From positions 13,330,001 through 13,394,000 of the forward strand of contig OX597815.1 of NCBI GenBank assembly GCA_951406725.2: DNA of 64,000 nt. Direction: 5' to 3'. Below the pieces are notes generated by a model. That model did no database searches. It saw only the letters and a list, made by a program, of their open reading frames with translations, and was not told the DNA's origin. Shown here one piece after another: positions 27,556 through 42,223 of the stretch; within the stretch, counting starts at the first letter, position 1, and every line of letters starts with the position of its first letter. The DNA is from Octopus vulgaris (lineage: Eukaryota). The translations under genes were made by a program, and so were the position numbers.

Positions 27556-30157
27556 ACAAGAATATGAGAAAGATAAAATGGCTTACAGCGCCAGAGTTTT
27601 GTACGTACTTATAACGTATCCTTGCTAGCGGTAAGACTTGTGAGATGGAAACGGAATTGTTCAGAAAAAAAGCGTTTTACGATATGTGTAACGTAGAATT
27701 TGAGACAAAAAGGCAGTGAGTCAGGTGAATTATGGGTAGCACGATGTAGCTAAATTGGCAGAGGTTCTTTCATCAAGAATTGGATTAAAACCGGATTTAA
27801 TGCTGGGGATAAACGTTCCACAATTATAAGAAATATGGTGTTTAGCCCAGGAGTTGTAAACTCTATTTTCTTCCAGAAACATGCGAGTTATTTGATAGAT
27901 TGAATGTTGCGAGATTTATTTATTTGAAATTTGTGAACTAACGGATTTAGATAATCTAAATTTCTCTATAGATAAGTCGGAGATGAAGTGCATGCATAAC
28001 CAGAAATACGTCAACAACAGGTAGTTCGTTATTTTAGTGATTACCTGTCTGCAATGTGTATATTCTAAGTATTATGTGCCTGTTGGTTTTTATATAGATA
28101 TCTGATGAGTAGACGATATTTGGCTTGGACAAACGATCTTAAATGTTGCAGAGGTATTGGTTATAATGGAGTTTTAATATTGGAAATACATCAATGAGTG
28201 ATTTGCGATACGTATAGCAATTTTTTTCTTTTTGTTAGAAGTTGACAAGTGAGTTAGCTTGAATAAAGTTTTACAAATAATGAACGAGGGGTCTTCTTCC
28301 TTAGCCTTTAGCTTCATTTGGGTATAGATGTACAGCGTCGTTACCTCAAATTACAGTTTCTATGAAACCTGACCTCGCCGATGCAGCTGACGTGCTCAAT
28401 CACTTTCAGAATAATCAGAAATAGCTTCAGAGATACGAAACTGAATTAGGATCAAAAGCTGGTGAAGTCGCGTGTACTATTTTAACACTGTGTACAGTAA
28501 GTTCTAGTTGTGAAGGAGTGCTGAGTCAACATGGAAATTATTGAAAAACTATTACAGGTTTTCTATAAACTATTGAATGAGACATATTATTATATAACAA
28601 TAACATAAACCCTTTAGTTTACAAACCTCAAATAATGTGTTCATTATATATTACACAGTTGTGAGAAAAACAAAACGAAATATAGTCAAAATGCGGCTTA
28701 TATGTGTTGGTTTAAAGAGGTCTCCGTGTAATGATGGCTTTTTATGAACTTGATTTGTTACATAAATTTTACGGTCAACCAGAAACCAGTACAGTACACG
28801 CAATGAGTGAGCAATTGACTAATATTGTTTTACAACATTGATCCTAGTAGATATCGCCTTATTTCGGGGTAGCTTGACAAGTCATTTCTTAGACGTATTG
28901 GTATATTTCATGGTTTCCCTATCATCAGTTCCCATACATTCCACCAATGCCTCGTCTTCTCTCATATTAGAATTATTTAATCTACTCCATTTTCAAAGGC
29001 GCGCTCAACTAAATTTTATTGTGTGCCATGTACATAAAATTTCTTCAGTCATTTGAAGTGCAATCTTGTATAATGATCAAATTCATTTTATGAGTATAAT
29101 AACACAATACGTTAGATTGTATCTGAAGAGTGTCATATTCAGTCACAGTATTTTAACAGAAACATCTTTAAAATCTATTTCCGTTTTAGACCATTAAGAA
29201 TTTTCACCGAGATATTAATTGAATATATTTAATAATTTTTCCTTGCAGTGATTTTCCATTACTAACGTTCAGTCTCACAATTTTCTAAGAATAATATTTC
29301 TCTGCTGTTCTTATGCAATCTCAGATTATATATAAACTTTTATATAAACGTCAGAAATTCACCATGTCATCTAGAATTCTTTCTGGAGAAATCTACATGT
29401 TCTTCATTTTATCGTAAATATAGAATATTTATAAATGGCAGAATTCTATTTCCAAATATACAAACACTTAAGAGCATGTGTTTTATAAAGTAGTTGATTC
29501 ATAATTAAAATAGTAAATTAATCATTTAGACATACTATATGAAAAAGAATTTATATTTAAAAAAAGATGGCAACGTACGTGACAGTGTGCCAGAGTCTGA
29601 GACTAGAACATATGTCAATTCCTATAAATATTTTAATAATCATAGAAATTTCTTTCACAATTATTAATATCTCATGAATATTATTATTTAGAAACATAAA
29701 TAAAAAGAAATAGAGTAAAAGTTTTCTACGTGGTCATATGTAACCTATATAAAATATATTAAACGTGAGATTAAAGCAATTGTTATTTCTTACGTTAGTA
29801 CAAACCCTCTCAGGCTGATTAAGTGTAATCCAGTAAACAAACAGACCAACAATATATCACAGATGAAATGTTGGTGGAAATAATTTTTAAAGACAACAGA
29901 ATACTAAACCTTAGTTTGGAAAAAAACAGACTACGAGATTGCATAAGAACAACACAGAAATATTATTCTTAGAAAGAAGTCGAGCAGTTAACGTGAATTA
30001 TTTGGGAGTGTTTTGCTTTTGATTCGTTCTCCTTTGCTTTTATATTTTGTTTGTTTTTTGGTGTTGATTTTCTTTTTACCAGGTACACGCGCACACACAC
30101 AGCGCCCAGCCTCGCTAACCCTCCATCCCATATATATATATATATATACGAAAGAAG

Positions 30158-30212
30158 GTTTGAAAATGCAGTTTTAAAATATATTACATCTTTTAAAATT
30201 GCATTTTCAAAC
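30158..30212. repeat. Inverted repeat, 22-bp arms, 11-nt loop
   Basis: GTTTGAAAATGCAGTTTTAAAA / TTTTAAAATTGCATTTTCAAAC, one G-T pair. Confidence 0.85.
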
Positions 30213-30277
30213 TTTTTCATATATAATTCCACTCGTGCGGTAACTAACAACTTCACTTTGTTATATATATATATATG

Positions 30278-30466
30278 TAGGTCCCGGGTTGATTCGGGGT
30301 TAACCACAGTAAATAAGGTACTCAATACATAGCAGAGTAAAATTAATTTATTATATAGAAGGAGCTTCTACAGGACTAGAACTGTTTCATTCAAGAGAAA
30401 TCTTCAGGCTTCCTGAAAATTTCTCTTGAATGAAACAGTTCTAGTCCTGTAGAAGCTCCTTCTATA

Positions 30467-30476
<10 letters not shown>
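30278..30476. mobile_element. Mini Penelope-like insertion with inverted, hammerhead-containing terminal repeat
   Basis: Arms 30344-30408 and 30412-30476 are 65-bp reverse complements with one mismatch; each carries CTGAA(G/A)A...GAAACAG...CTGTA; flanked by (TA)n on both sides. Confidence 0.7.
30407..30457 (+). ncRNA. Type I hammerhead ribozyme motif (G8A variant)
   Basis: Stem I GGCTTC/GAAGCT; core CTGAAAA; stem II TTC-tctt-GAA; GAAA; stem III ACAG/CTGT; GTA cleavage triplet. The minus-strand twin has canonical CTGAAGA. The 10.1-11.1 pair is a non-canonical U-U. Confidence 0.6.
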
Positions 30477-30511
<35 letters not shown>

Positions 30512-31374
30512 CATTTCTTTCTCTTTTGCCTGCGTTGTTTGCCTTTTAATTGCTGTGGTTTTACTGGGATCTCCCTTTTAAGTAGAAAGGATAGCCATAA
30601 CTCTTTGACTGCTATTTCTAAATTCGGTGTGTGGTGAGGCAAATCGTTGCTAAACCCTTAATTACTTAGTATATATATATATATGAGTGTGTGTGTGTGT
30701 GTATGAGCAGTCTACTGTAATTCTACATTCAGTGCATTCACTGTAATTTTCTGTGAAATGATTACTATTTTGCTTATATAGGTGCACCTAAACGTATTAT
30801 AGCTTTGCAGTTCACTGGATATATTTTGAGTAGTAATGTACGTTAGATGTTTTCGTAGATTTAGTTCTGATTTAAGAATTCTATGTTTTATGCCCTGAAT
30901 ACTCTAAAAGTTATAGACTTGTTTTTATTAATTGTCCTCATTTGCATATTTGTTTGTCATTTATTCGTCGTTTATGTTTCATTAAATATTCTATCTTTCG
31001 AATGTTGTGATTGTAAATCTGGAAACGGAAACCGTAATTCCTGTTGTGTCTAGGTGTTCTTGTTTTAGTTTCATTACTCTATTGTTCCGTTCTTTTTTTA
31101 CATTTTACGTGCAATTTCACCGAACACGTTCCACATTTAGCTAGGACTGAATAATATGGAATAATTTGTAATGCTTCTGACTTTTCGTGGTGGACGAAAT
31201 CTCACGAGTGATAATTTTAGTTGCGTTTCATTGATGTGTACGCTCTTAAGATAATACACTTACGAATTCAAACATTTGACATACAATTTTGATATGACAT
31301 GAAAATGAACCAATTTCCCTAAGTTTATGCAAATTTTCGGTGTTGTAAATTTTCCACAGATATTTCATTGATAG

Positions 31375-31434
<60 letters not shown>

Positions 31435-32779
31435 TTATTTATTTATATATAAATATATATATATGTGTATGTATGTATGTATGGATGTATGTATGTATGT
31501 ATGTACATTTAGTAACGGATAGATCTATGTATTGCAGGGGTTGTTTCGTTGTTTTAAGATTTGTCTTTATTCGACGCTATGGTTTCCTTTGATCTAGGAA
31601 TTGTAACTGGTGTTATGTTAGTGTTCAGAAATGCATTCTTCGTGTAATATGTGCTATCTTTTAATGTGGTGATTGTGAGTGCGAATTGAGGAGAGGGTAC
31701 AAAATGTGTATTTGAATTGGACGTTCTGCCAATTCAAGATAACTGATATGATTTTCCGAGCTCCGTGATACTGTATTATATCTATTATCACCATCATGTG
31801 ATAAGCAAAATCATTTCAACGTCAATTGAAGCACATTAACCAAAACTTTGATTTTATATCTTCGCTTTGTTATAGATGGCATCGACTAGGCTGCTTCTTT
31901 CAAAAGGGATCACATTGTGCGATTATTCTATCACTTTCATGTTCTTAAGAGTTTCATTAGAATTTATTCGGTTTCAGCAGTGGTACATACATTCATATAT
32001 GTAATATATATATGTTTACAAACCACATCATTTTCTGCATATACTGAGATTTATATGTTTTCTAGTATTACTTACGTGATTCACAGTTTGTGTAAAATAG
32101 ATCCAGCGAGCATTGAGCTGGGTGATTATCGACTTTCGCATGCATTTTGTGAACGTTGAGAAGCAGCTCAATGACACTCTGTGATTGTGTAAGGCATTAT
32201 TTTGGGTACTATTTTCATGTATGACATTCTGTTTATTCAGTTATTAAACATCATAGTTATTTGACAGTTTCTCTTTGTTCTTGCGGGCGATATTATGCTC
32301 CTAATAGATCGTGATGTCTCTCACAAAACATATTTCTATATCTCTCCCCCAGAAAACTTTTCACATCTCTATGACTAGCTTCACTTGATAAGCTTGTCAG
32401 CTTGAGCTGCGCGACGGAGAGGTAGGTTGCCCGATGGTAATCGTGTACCATGTTTGGTATATATAAATATCAATTTGCATTCTTTCGAATTCGAACTGGA
32501 AATAGCTGCTGGCATTGTGTATTTGGATATATGCATAATGCGCAAGAACTGAATAGCGAAAAATGAAATGGATACTCAACTCAGCTTAACTGATTACATA
32601 ATTTGTTTACTTGATAGCTTCTGGTTACATTCATTTTATAATTAACTTTATGTCGTTACACATTAATACTTGTACAGCTACAGTATAATATTTCGTTCGT
32701 GATTTCAAGCGAGGTTTTTTTTGGGTTTTTTTGCTATTATTAAATTTTATCATATCTCACATTTAAGTATTGACTAAGG

Positions 32780-34130
32780 AACATTTTTCTTGTTTCGATT
32801 TACTCGATATTGTCTTGGCTATCTTTTTAAAAATTTAAATCATTGTAATAAGCGTCTACTTTCGTATATATTGCTTTCTCTCCACTTTCCATATGTTCAC
32901 TCTGTTTCCTTCTCAATGTTCCCTTTGGTGACTTCGAAGTCTTTCTTTTCCAATTATTACAAGTAGCAGAATTTGTATTATGCTTAGTCCATTACGAGTG
33001 TAGGGCAAGCATATTGTAAATCTTTTTGTAATTACACGAGATGAGATGGTCAATTGAAGTATAAGTACCATTTTTAAAAGAAAATCACTATTTGTACTTT
33101 CTTATTGGTAGACACTGAGCCTGAGTTGTTATAATGAAACCCTCTCTTTCTAAAACCAGATTCTGACAGCAATTGATATCTCATATATATATAAAAATCT
33201 GTATCGCTCATCCTTACAACGTATTTACGATGTATTGCCTTACTTTTCCACCTATAACGCAGTTCTGATATTTGGTTTATGTTTCATATAGATGCGCATC
33301 AAACTTGATGATCTTTAATTGCTTCACACATTTTGTTTTTCTCTTGATATTGAGTGTAATTTCTTAATTTTTTTAAGGCAAATAAGTTCACGTGTCTAGT
33401 CATTAGTGATCATTTGATGTTTGTCTATCTGCTGTTTGGAGATAATTTTGGTGGCATCACGTTATGTATTTCATCCTTTCTTGAGATGCGTATTTTAATT
33501 ACAACGGGATTTGATTGTTTTATGAGGTATACCAATTTTAATTATATCATTAATGGACAATTTTATGATATTAAAATTGTAGATCAGAACAGTCATAGCC
33601 AAGGCACGGATAGCCCCAACCCTGTTTGTCGCATTAACTTGGTCTTTTTAAAACAACACTTAAAGTTATATCTCGTGTTTATTTCCTGTATCCATCTGTT
33701 CAACTCGTTAGGAATAGTTCAAAATGCATCTATAACGACAAAGGATAAGTTTTACCCGACCTTCTTTTGTGAAAAAAAAAACCAGTACAGTTTTTTTGTG
33801 GCCTATGTATTTTATTTTGTGTATTGGTTTCTTTGTTTCTGTTGTATGGAAATCACCGCTCGAAATTATACGTGGTGCCTTCTAGTTGTGATAGCGTTAT
33901 TCAGTCTTTCATTCATGTTTGAATTTGGAATGACCATCATACATTTCCTATTATTTGCAAGACTCCACTATTACCAAGAGCTTTTCTGTCTTCAGCCAGA
34001 ATTTCTTATAATTCTCCAAAGAAATATTGTTGTTTTTTTGTTATAGATAATGTAGTATGATTTGTGTACATGTTAAAAAATAAATAGATTATATCCGTCA
34101 AATGTTATGTCGATTTGCCGCCAAATATGG
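32780..34130 (-). mobile_element. Highly degenerate R4/Dong-like RLE non-LTR retrotransposon
   Basis: Minus-strand pieces LNATNRVGAIRALAMTVLIYNFNII (post-RT), EREGFIITTQAQCLP (ETEGFIIAAQDQ-like) and TSIDHLISC (zinc knuckle) occur in the expected order. Confidence 0.6.
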
Positions 34131-34686
34131 GTAGGAGTTAAAACCGAGTAAATGTAAAGATGATATTTAGAATTGAATAACATAGATAACCAAGGAAAAA
34201 AAATGAGATATATTATGAGATAGCAAAAGCTTCTATTGCAGAAATGATATGCTGATATTTCTCAGTGACTACATGGAGACATGATGGTACATAAATTACC
34301 TTCTGTGACCGAATGAAAAATGTATAAGCGAAGAGATTTTTTGCTTCACGTAGTGCTTACTTATTTTGTACATTCTAAATTTCTGCAAATTTGTATATCT
34401 CTTTCCTTCAATTCTGTTTTCTTTCCTCCTCTCTCTCACCCTCTTTCTCTCTCTCATTATGTACAAAGTGGTAGGTAAATGAATGCATAGATACATATAC
34501 ACACGTGTGCATATATTAATACACATGTGTGTATATGTATGTATATATATATGTGTGTATGAGTGTGTATGCATTTATGAGTGTGTATGTATAAGAATAT
34601 ATATGTATATATATAGGGAGGTAGATAGATAAGTAAACAAACATAATGATAGCTAGATAGTCAGACAGACGGATAGATAGATAGAA

Positions 34687-34730
<44 letters not shown>

Positions 34731-34738
34731 GTATAGAT

Positions 34739-34792
<54 letters not shown>

Positions 34793-34800
34793 GTATAGAT

Positions 34801-34834
<34 letters not shown>

Positions 34835-35554
34835 GAGAGAGAGAGAGAGATAGACAGACTGAACTATAATCCCGACTATCGTCTCATTAGCTCATCATGC
34901 AGGACAAAGTTTAACGAATGAAGATCGGTACGGCTTCAGTTGATAGAAGGGGAGTACTACACAACTTCCTGATAAGGGGCAGTAGTCTCTGCAGAGTGAA
35001 TAATAGCAATAGTAACTTAACTGAGAATAGGATAGATCACATCAAGGTTACAGCCGTTTCCGTATGTGATCGATTTTTTTTTAAATATACATCTCATACA
35101 ATGTTGTACAATGCATGAAATGTTAAGCAATACATAGAAATATGTAATGATACCCTTCATTTCAAAACATAATCAACCTACTAAATTAGCTTGAGATGCA
35201 TTCTGCTGGGCGTGTCAAGACATGAAAATACACCGAACCCGTAAAACCCTGATTTGATATATCTTATAAGATTTAAGTCAATTAATCATAATAAAAGATA
35301 TAAAGTCAAATTGCAACAAATTAAAGTTAGTTGTAAGTTATCATATGTGTGTCGAAGCATTTAGCATTGAGGGACATTAAAGCATATTATGATGTTTTTG
35401 GCGACTCTAAGCATTTGCAGTAAACGGATGAGCAAAGAAAAGCCTATAGTGCTAACATTATCACTTTACATTTCAAAGATAACTTTCACTCTGCGCACAC
35501 TCACATATATATACTAATATAAATGGGCCTTTACTTTCTCAACTATACACACCT

Positions 35555-35896
<342 letters not shown>

Positions 35897-36094
35897 CGCT
35901 GTACAAATCCATCATTTTTTGCTAAAATGTCTTATTGAAAAGTTTCGTTTTTTTTCACTTTACCGAAGAGAAGATTGCATTGTTTATACCATTTATTCTT
36001 TTGAATAGTATCAGTGGAATTTTCGAAACATGTTTCGAAAGTAAAAATACTTGATTTACACCTGCGTTAAACTCCATTTATTTATTCATATAGT

Positions 36095-36517
<423 letters not shown>

Positions 36518-36540
36518 TATATGTATATATAAATATATAT

Positions 36541-36672
36541 AATCGGGATCTTGGGTTTAGTAGACCGCGCTCTTAAATACTAGGCCATATGACCACCTGC
36601 ATACAGCGTAGTGGTTAAGAGCGAGGTCTACTAACCCCAAGATTCCGTGTCCGATTCCATGCAGTGACATGA
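36541..36672. mobile_element. Two head-to-head tRNA-like heads of SINE family D
   Basis: 36541-36586 is the reverse complement of 36607-36650 (GCGTAGTGGTTAAGAGCGAGGTCTACTAACCCCAAGATTCCG). Confidence 0.75.
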
Positions 36673-36840
36673 AAAAAAGAGAACGATAGTATAAGTACTA
36701 GGTTTACAAAGAATAAAGTTCTGGGGTCGATTTGCTCGACTAAAGGCGGTGCTCCACCATGGCCACAGTCAAATGACTGAAACAAGTAAATATGTATATA
36801 TAAATATATATAATCGGGATCTTGGGTTTAGTAGCCCATC

Positions 36841-36878
<38 letters not shown>

Positions 36879-36902
36879 TTAATATTAATAATAATAGTAA
36901 TA

Positions 36903-37280
36903 CCAATGATTAGCAAAATGTGGAACATGAAGAGTAAAACAATACCTGTTTTCATACGTACAATGATAGCAATAGGGGCTGATTGCTACGTTGCTCAGAT
37001 ACCTGGAAACTCCAAAATGGCAGAAATGCATAAAATAGTGCTCATGGGAACTGCTCATATCCTACGCAAAATACTTTCTATGTAATCTCAAATTTTAAAA
37101 CAAACATAATTTTCTTATGGTTTCTTAAACACTCTCTAGTACACCACTTTGTACATAACCAAATATATGGCACCCTAGGAATAACACCAACATGAACTTT
37201 CAACTTGTTGTCTCATGAGTTCTCTGGGTGAGACTTGGAAGCCAGCTTGTACAAACGTAAAGCAAAAGTCAAACATAAAA
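36903..37280 (+). mobile_element. 3' end of R4/Dong-like RLE retrotransposon inserted in (AAT)n
   Basis: ISKMWNMKSKTIPV...KIVLMGTAHILRKILSM* plus a 3' UTR matching 53990-54190 (reversed); AAT/AAC repeats on both sides. Confidence 0.85.
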
Positions 37281-37304
37281 TAATAATTGTAATAACAACA
37301 ACAA

Positions 37305-37460
37305 CAAAAATTACTTAGGAATGAGAACCCATGTTCGAAAACTCCCCAAGTCACCTAATGAGGGCTAGAGTGTATATCAGCCGAAAAGTTGTGTTAACAA
37401 CAAACAAGATGAGGAAAGATATCCGTGAATTGTAAATAATGTAAATAATGTAAATAATAT
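37305..37460 (+). mobile_element. 3' part of SINE family D with degenerate hammerhead-like segment and (GTAAATAAT)n tail
   Basis: Aligns with 53800-53946. Confidence 0.75.
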
Positions 37461-37515
37461 AAGATAAACTTACTTGAAAATAGATGCGTGGCGTTCAATT
37501 AAATAATAATATAAA

Positions 37516-38210
37516 TCTAAATAATAAGTGGAAAGTTTATGTTCGTGAATTTGTTACTTTAAATACTCTGGGACTATCCAAAACACTTTGATTAATCTTG
37601 ACACGTGTGGTGGGTGTATACACATGCCGTTACTTACGCACTGGCAATTTTTTAAAAAATCGATTTTTAATCAGCATCAATTTTTCAAATACCGTAAAAC
37701 TTCGACATTTTTTCGCACTAGCCATCGCGACATCAATTTGACGAAAGATGTCGAATTTTGACGAAAAATGTTTCATTGGAATAAACAGACTTATTAACGG
37801 TAATCTATTTAGCATTTGCCAATTTTTCATATCAATGTGAATTGTTTTGGTTTGCTAAAACTTATTATTTCAATTTGTTGTTTTAATTCCCCTGCGTTTC
37901 AGGTTTTGATTAGGTTAAGAACATTTTATTTCTCAAACACAATTTAGGCACTTTGCACAATAGCCATCGTGACATCAATTTGACGTTACCTGCTCCAAAG
38001 CATAAAATCTCTCCCTTTTACGCACATACACAAAAAATAGACGACGACATGCGTTCGCTACCAGACTCTGCTCAGTTTTTTGTGAAATTGGTCATACCCA
38101 TTAATATAGATTTTGAAATTCGGAAAAATGTCGAAATTTGGCGGAAAATGTTTCATGGCTATAAACATACATCCTATTAACGGTAATTTTTTACCGGGTA
38201 CCTAAGCTAG
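37516..38210 (+). mobile_element. Non-autonomous Helitron
   Basis: A|TC start at 37516 (tentative); hairpin CGGTAA-tttt-TTACCG (38181-38196) 10 nt before terminal CTAG|T; no TSD; internal partial duplication. Confidence 0.7.
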
Positions 38211-38212
38211 TA

Positions 38213-38262
<50 letters not shown>

Positions 38263-39030
38263 GAAAAAGGGAATTAGAGAGGATAGGAAAGAAAACAGTA
38301 AATAGTAGAGTAGCATCGAAAAGGTTAGAATATCTCAATAAGAGATGGAAGTAGTAAATATGTTAGGAAGTAATGCTTATCGCCACATCAATATGGCTGT
38401 TCGACGTTACTGCAGTTTTAACCCCAGCAGATTCTCTGCCAGCTGGTTGCCGATGCATACTGCACCCTCTACATACAGTAATTCCTCGACTATCACGAGT
38501 ATTAGCTTCCAAAATCTCCCACAGAAATAATTACAATCTAAATCAATATAAATACCTATCGGCCGCAGAAACTCGAATATACTGAGTTGTCTGCGATATG
38601 AATTTACATGTATTAGCTAGAGAAATCCTCGATGTACTGAGTGCGTGATAGGTAAAACGTGATATGGCGAAAGATTACTGTATTGCAAGCAGGGGACCGA
38701 GCCCCTACCATCCTCTAGGAAACAATGGGATTACGAGACAACAATTTCGTTCTACTTGTTCCCATCTTCAGTTGCGAAACTAAGTGACCATCAGTTATTG
38801 AAATTATCTAACTAGCGATTCGCATATTGCAGGATGACTGACCGACAGTCGCTCAGTTTTCTATATATTGCGGTCTGTAGCAAATTCCCACTATTTCTAT
38901 AAAGCAGAAATGTTTCGTGCGACCTCACTTTCTTTTTCGTTTCTCTTCCTCTCTTCCAGCTACCTTACCTATCTCTTGCTTTCTATCTCTATGCTCTCCG
39001 ACACTTATTCATTTCTCACTCTTCCCAATA

Positions 39031-39258
39031 TACTCTTTTTACTCTTTTATTTGTTTCAGTCATTTGACTGCGGCCATGCTGGAGCACCGCCTTTTTAGTC
39101 GAGCAAATCGACCCCGGGACTTATTCTTTGTAAGCCCAGTACTTATTCTATCGGTCTCTTTTGCCGAACCACTAAGTGATGGGGACGTAAAAACACCAGC
39201 ATCGGTTGTCAAGCAATGCTAGGGGGACAAACACAGACACACAAACACATACACACAT

Positions 39259-39289
<31 letters not shown>

Positions 39290-39454
39290 CATATATACGA
39301 CAGGCTTCTTTCAGTTTCCGTCTACCAAATCCACTCACAAGGCATTGGTCGGCCCGAGGCTATAGCAGAAGACACTTGCCCAAGATGCCACGCAGTGGGA
39401 CTGAACCCGGAACCATGTGGTTGGTTAGCAAGCTACTTACCACACAGCCACTCC
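39031..39454 (-). mobile_element. SINE family A
   Basis: Near-identical to the copies at 59284 and 24478. Confidence 0.92.
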
Positions 39455-39599
39455 AGCATATCATGTAACCCGTGGCATTTCCCAATTCTTTGCCGCTTGA
39501 CCGCTTAACCTTTCTCGCTTCACTGCTGGCAGATTCAGTCACGTTTCTCTCTGCTTAACCATTTCTTCTGTCTTTTCAACACAAGTTTTGTTCTTTCTC

Positions 39600-39850
39600 C
39601 GTTCATTTTTCTCAGTTTTCCATCTGTCCACTTTCCATTTCCAATTGTATAGGAAATTTTCCATTGCGTTGCTTATACACTCGTCTTGTCTTGTCTCAGA
39701 GCCACACGACCTTCAAAATGCCTCACCCAACCTCACTGGTATGAAGCCTTATCTACTCATTCCATTGATTTTTATTTGACCTCTGCTCCATTTCGGTATC
39801 ATCACCTCTACAGACAAATTTTATCATTCCTTTTCAACAATATCCAATGG
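39600..39850 (-). mobile_element. Possible ancient RTE-type reverse transcriptase relic
   Basis: Weak frameshifted pieces QIKINGM..GFIP and FEGRVALRQ resemble IDEMQFGFMP and FEVKVGLRQG. Confidence 0.3.
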
Positions 39851-41374
39851 TAGCGCATATCAAACATCTTCTAAACACTCCTCATGTAGCATCTTATATC
39901 TTTTTTCTAAACATGGGCTGCATCTAAATTGTCTTCGTGTTGAACAGTTAATTCAACGAAGTGTATCATCTTATGTTCTTCACATCATATTTTAATATCT
40001 AGCATTTTCGTTGTTGGTTTTGTGAAGATGCGTTTATGCCGAACAAGATCCGTTGCTGCCTCCCACACTTAATCTCAGTTCTCGTCATACACTGTTTGTA
40101 CTGTTTGAATAACTATCTTGACTTTCACAGAGTGTTTACCGCCATTTCCGTTCTGTCTTAATACTATTAACTGTTTTCATCCGCTTCTTGGTGGCAGTAT
40201 GGTACATTATGTGGACCACATATTGGCATGATAAAACAAAACATTCGAAATATCAATTTTATTATACATTTCAATTTTCCGCTCATGTTATATTCCTCAC
40301 AGACTGAGCCAGAGTTGTTTTGAACCTGTAAAAGATGTACTGCTCTATGTGCTGGATATAGAAGAAAGTTAGTTGTATGTATATTGTTTGGCTGCTAATC
40401 CATAATTTTCACGATCTTGTGTTACACGGAACGTTTGTGATAAATTTGAGTTACTAATTCGCAATATATTTGAATAGTTTCTTCTCACACTCGAAATTAG
40501 TTTCAATTGTTTCTTTTTACCAAACAAAAACCAAATAAGAACAACCTGTTCGCCATAAAAAGGGAAACCCATCTTCCACCAGAAATCCTATCCTTCTACA
40601 CATTTTTAGTATAATCAAGAATTATACGCTAAAGTTATTTTACTTTCTATACAAAGACACGATATGTCAGTCATAAATAAGATATGGTTATATTATATAA
40701 TATGCAATATCATCAGCAATGTTTTATTATTATATCAATATTTCAAAGCTGTCGACAACTTCCCTGAATGTATTTGTATAAAATTATATTATAACCTTAA
40801 TTATTGACGAAATATTCTTCAGCGTATTTATTCTCACATTAATTTAATCTTGTGTTCGAAATCAATCCAAAATTATTATTTTCGTCGCTTTCGGCGTATC
40901 CTGTTCTATAATATTTTCTGTATTGTTAGAATTATTAAATAAAACATATGAAATCTTATTTAATTTCATTTTTGTCCCATGTGGTTTTCTCGTTTTCTGT
41001 TTTCTGTAATTTTCAAATATTTTGACGCAATCTAAAACACTTCATATTCCTGCATTGTAATCCGATGTGAATTTTTATTGGTTCGGAACATTTTATTTGT
41101 AAGAAATATTCAATTATTATATCTTTCATTCTGCATACGCTCTTTGTGACCTTTGGGCTTCTTAACGAAGAAAATTGAATTGAGGAAATAATATCATTCC
41201 AGCGAAATTTTCATCGTTTAACAAAACTTGTTTCCGTTCGATGATGACCTTGAAGGGTATGAATTTGCAATTGTTGGCTGCATACATTATCTAGATTTGT
41301 ATTTTCATGATTTTTGAATGGAATAAGGAAGTTCATACAATTAAGTGCTTATGGATATTTTAACAAAGAGAACA

Positions 41375-41380
41375 ATATAC

Positions 41381-41448
<68 letters not shown>

Positions 41449-41657
41449 GTGTGTATGTATGTATGTATGTGTGTGTATATATATATATATACATACATAT
41501 ATGCATATATATATATGTACATATGTATGTATATATATATATACACACACATATATATATATGCATATATATATATGTATGTATGTGTGTGTGTATGTAT
41601 GTATGTACATATATATATGCATATATGTATGTATATATATATATGTACACACACACA

Positions 41658-41723
<66 letters not shown>

Positions 41724-41736
41724 CGTGCATATATAT
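41375..41736. repeat. Compound TA/TG/CA microsatellite
   Basis: Directly visible. Confidence 0.95.
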
Positions 41737-41739
41737 AAG

Positions 41740-42036
41740 AGTGGCTTAGTGGTTAGAGTTGTGAGTTCGATTTCCGGCGACGGGTTGTGTCCTTGAGCAA
41801 GACACTTTATTTCACGTTGCTCCAGTCCACTCAGCTGGCAAAAATGAGTAATACCTGTATTTCAAAAAGGGCCGGCCTTGTCACACTTTGTGTCGCGCTG
41901 AATCTCCCCGAGAACTACGTTAAAGGTAGACGTGTCCGTGGAACGCTCGGCCACTTGCACGTTAATTTCACGAGCAAGCTGTTCCGTTGATCGTATCAGC
42001 TAGGGACCCTCGTCGTCGTAACCGACGGAGTCCTCC
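41740..42036 (+). mobile_element. tRNA-derived SINE family C (CORE-like central domain)
   Basis: TGGCTTAGTGGTTAGAG (A box), GAGTTCGATTTCC (B box), GTGTCCTTGAGCAAGACACTTTATTTCACGTTGCTCCA shared with the 51211 copy. Confidence 0.8.
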
Positions 42037-42040
42037 TATA

Positions 42041-42104
<64 letters not shown>

Positions 42105-42107
42105 TAC

Positions 42108-42149
<42 letters not shown>

Positions 42150-42190
42150 TTGTGTGTATCTTAGAGACCGAAAGAGAGGCTGAGACATAC

Positions 42191-42223
<33 letters not shown>

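Noticed and set aside
33414-34046. Longest ORF in the window (210 aa, hydrophobic)
   Set aside because: It is the antisense shadow of a decayed R4/Dong-like element; the recognisable motifs are on the minus strand
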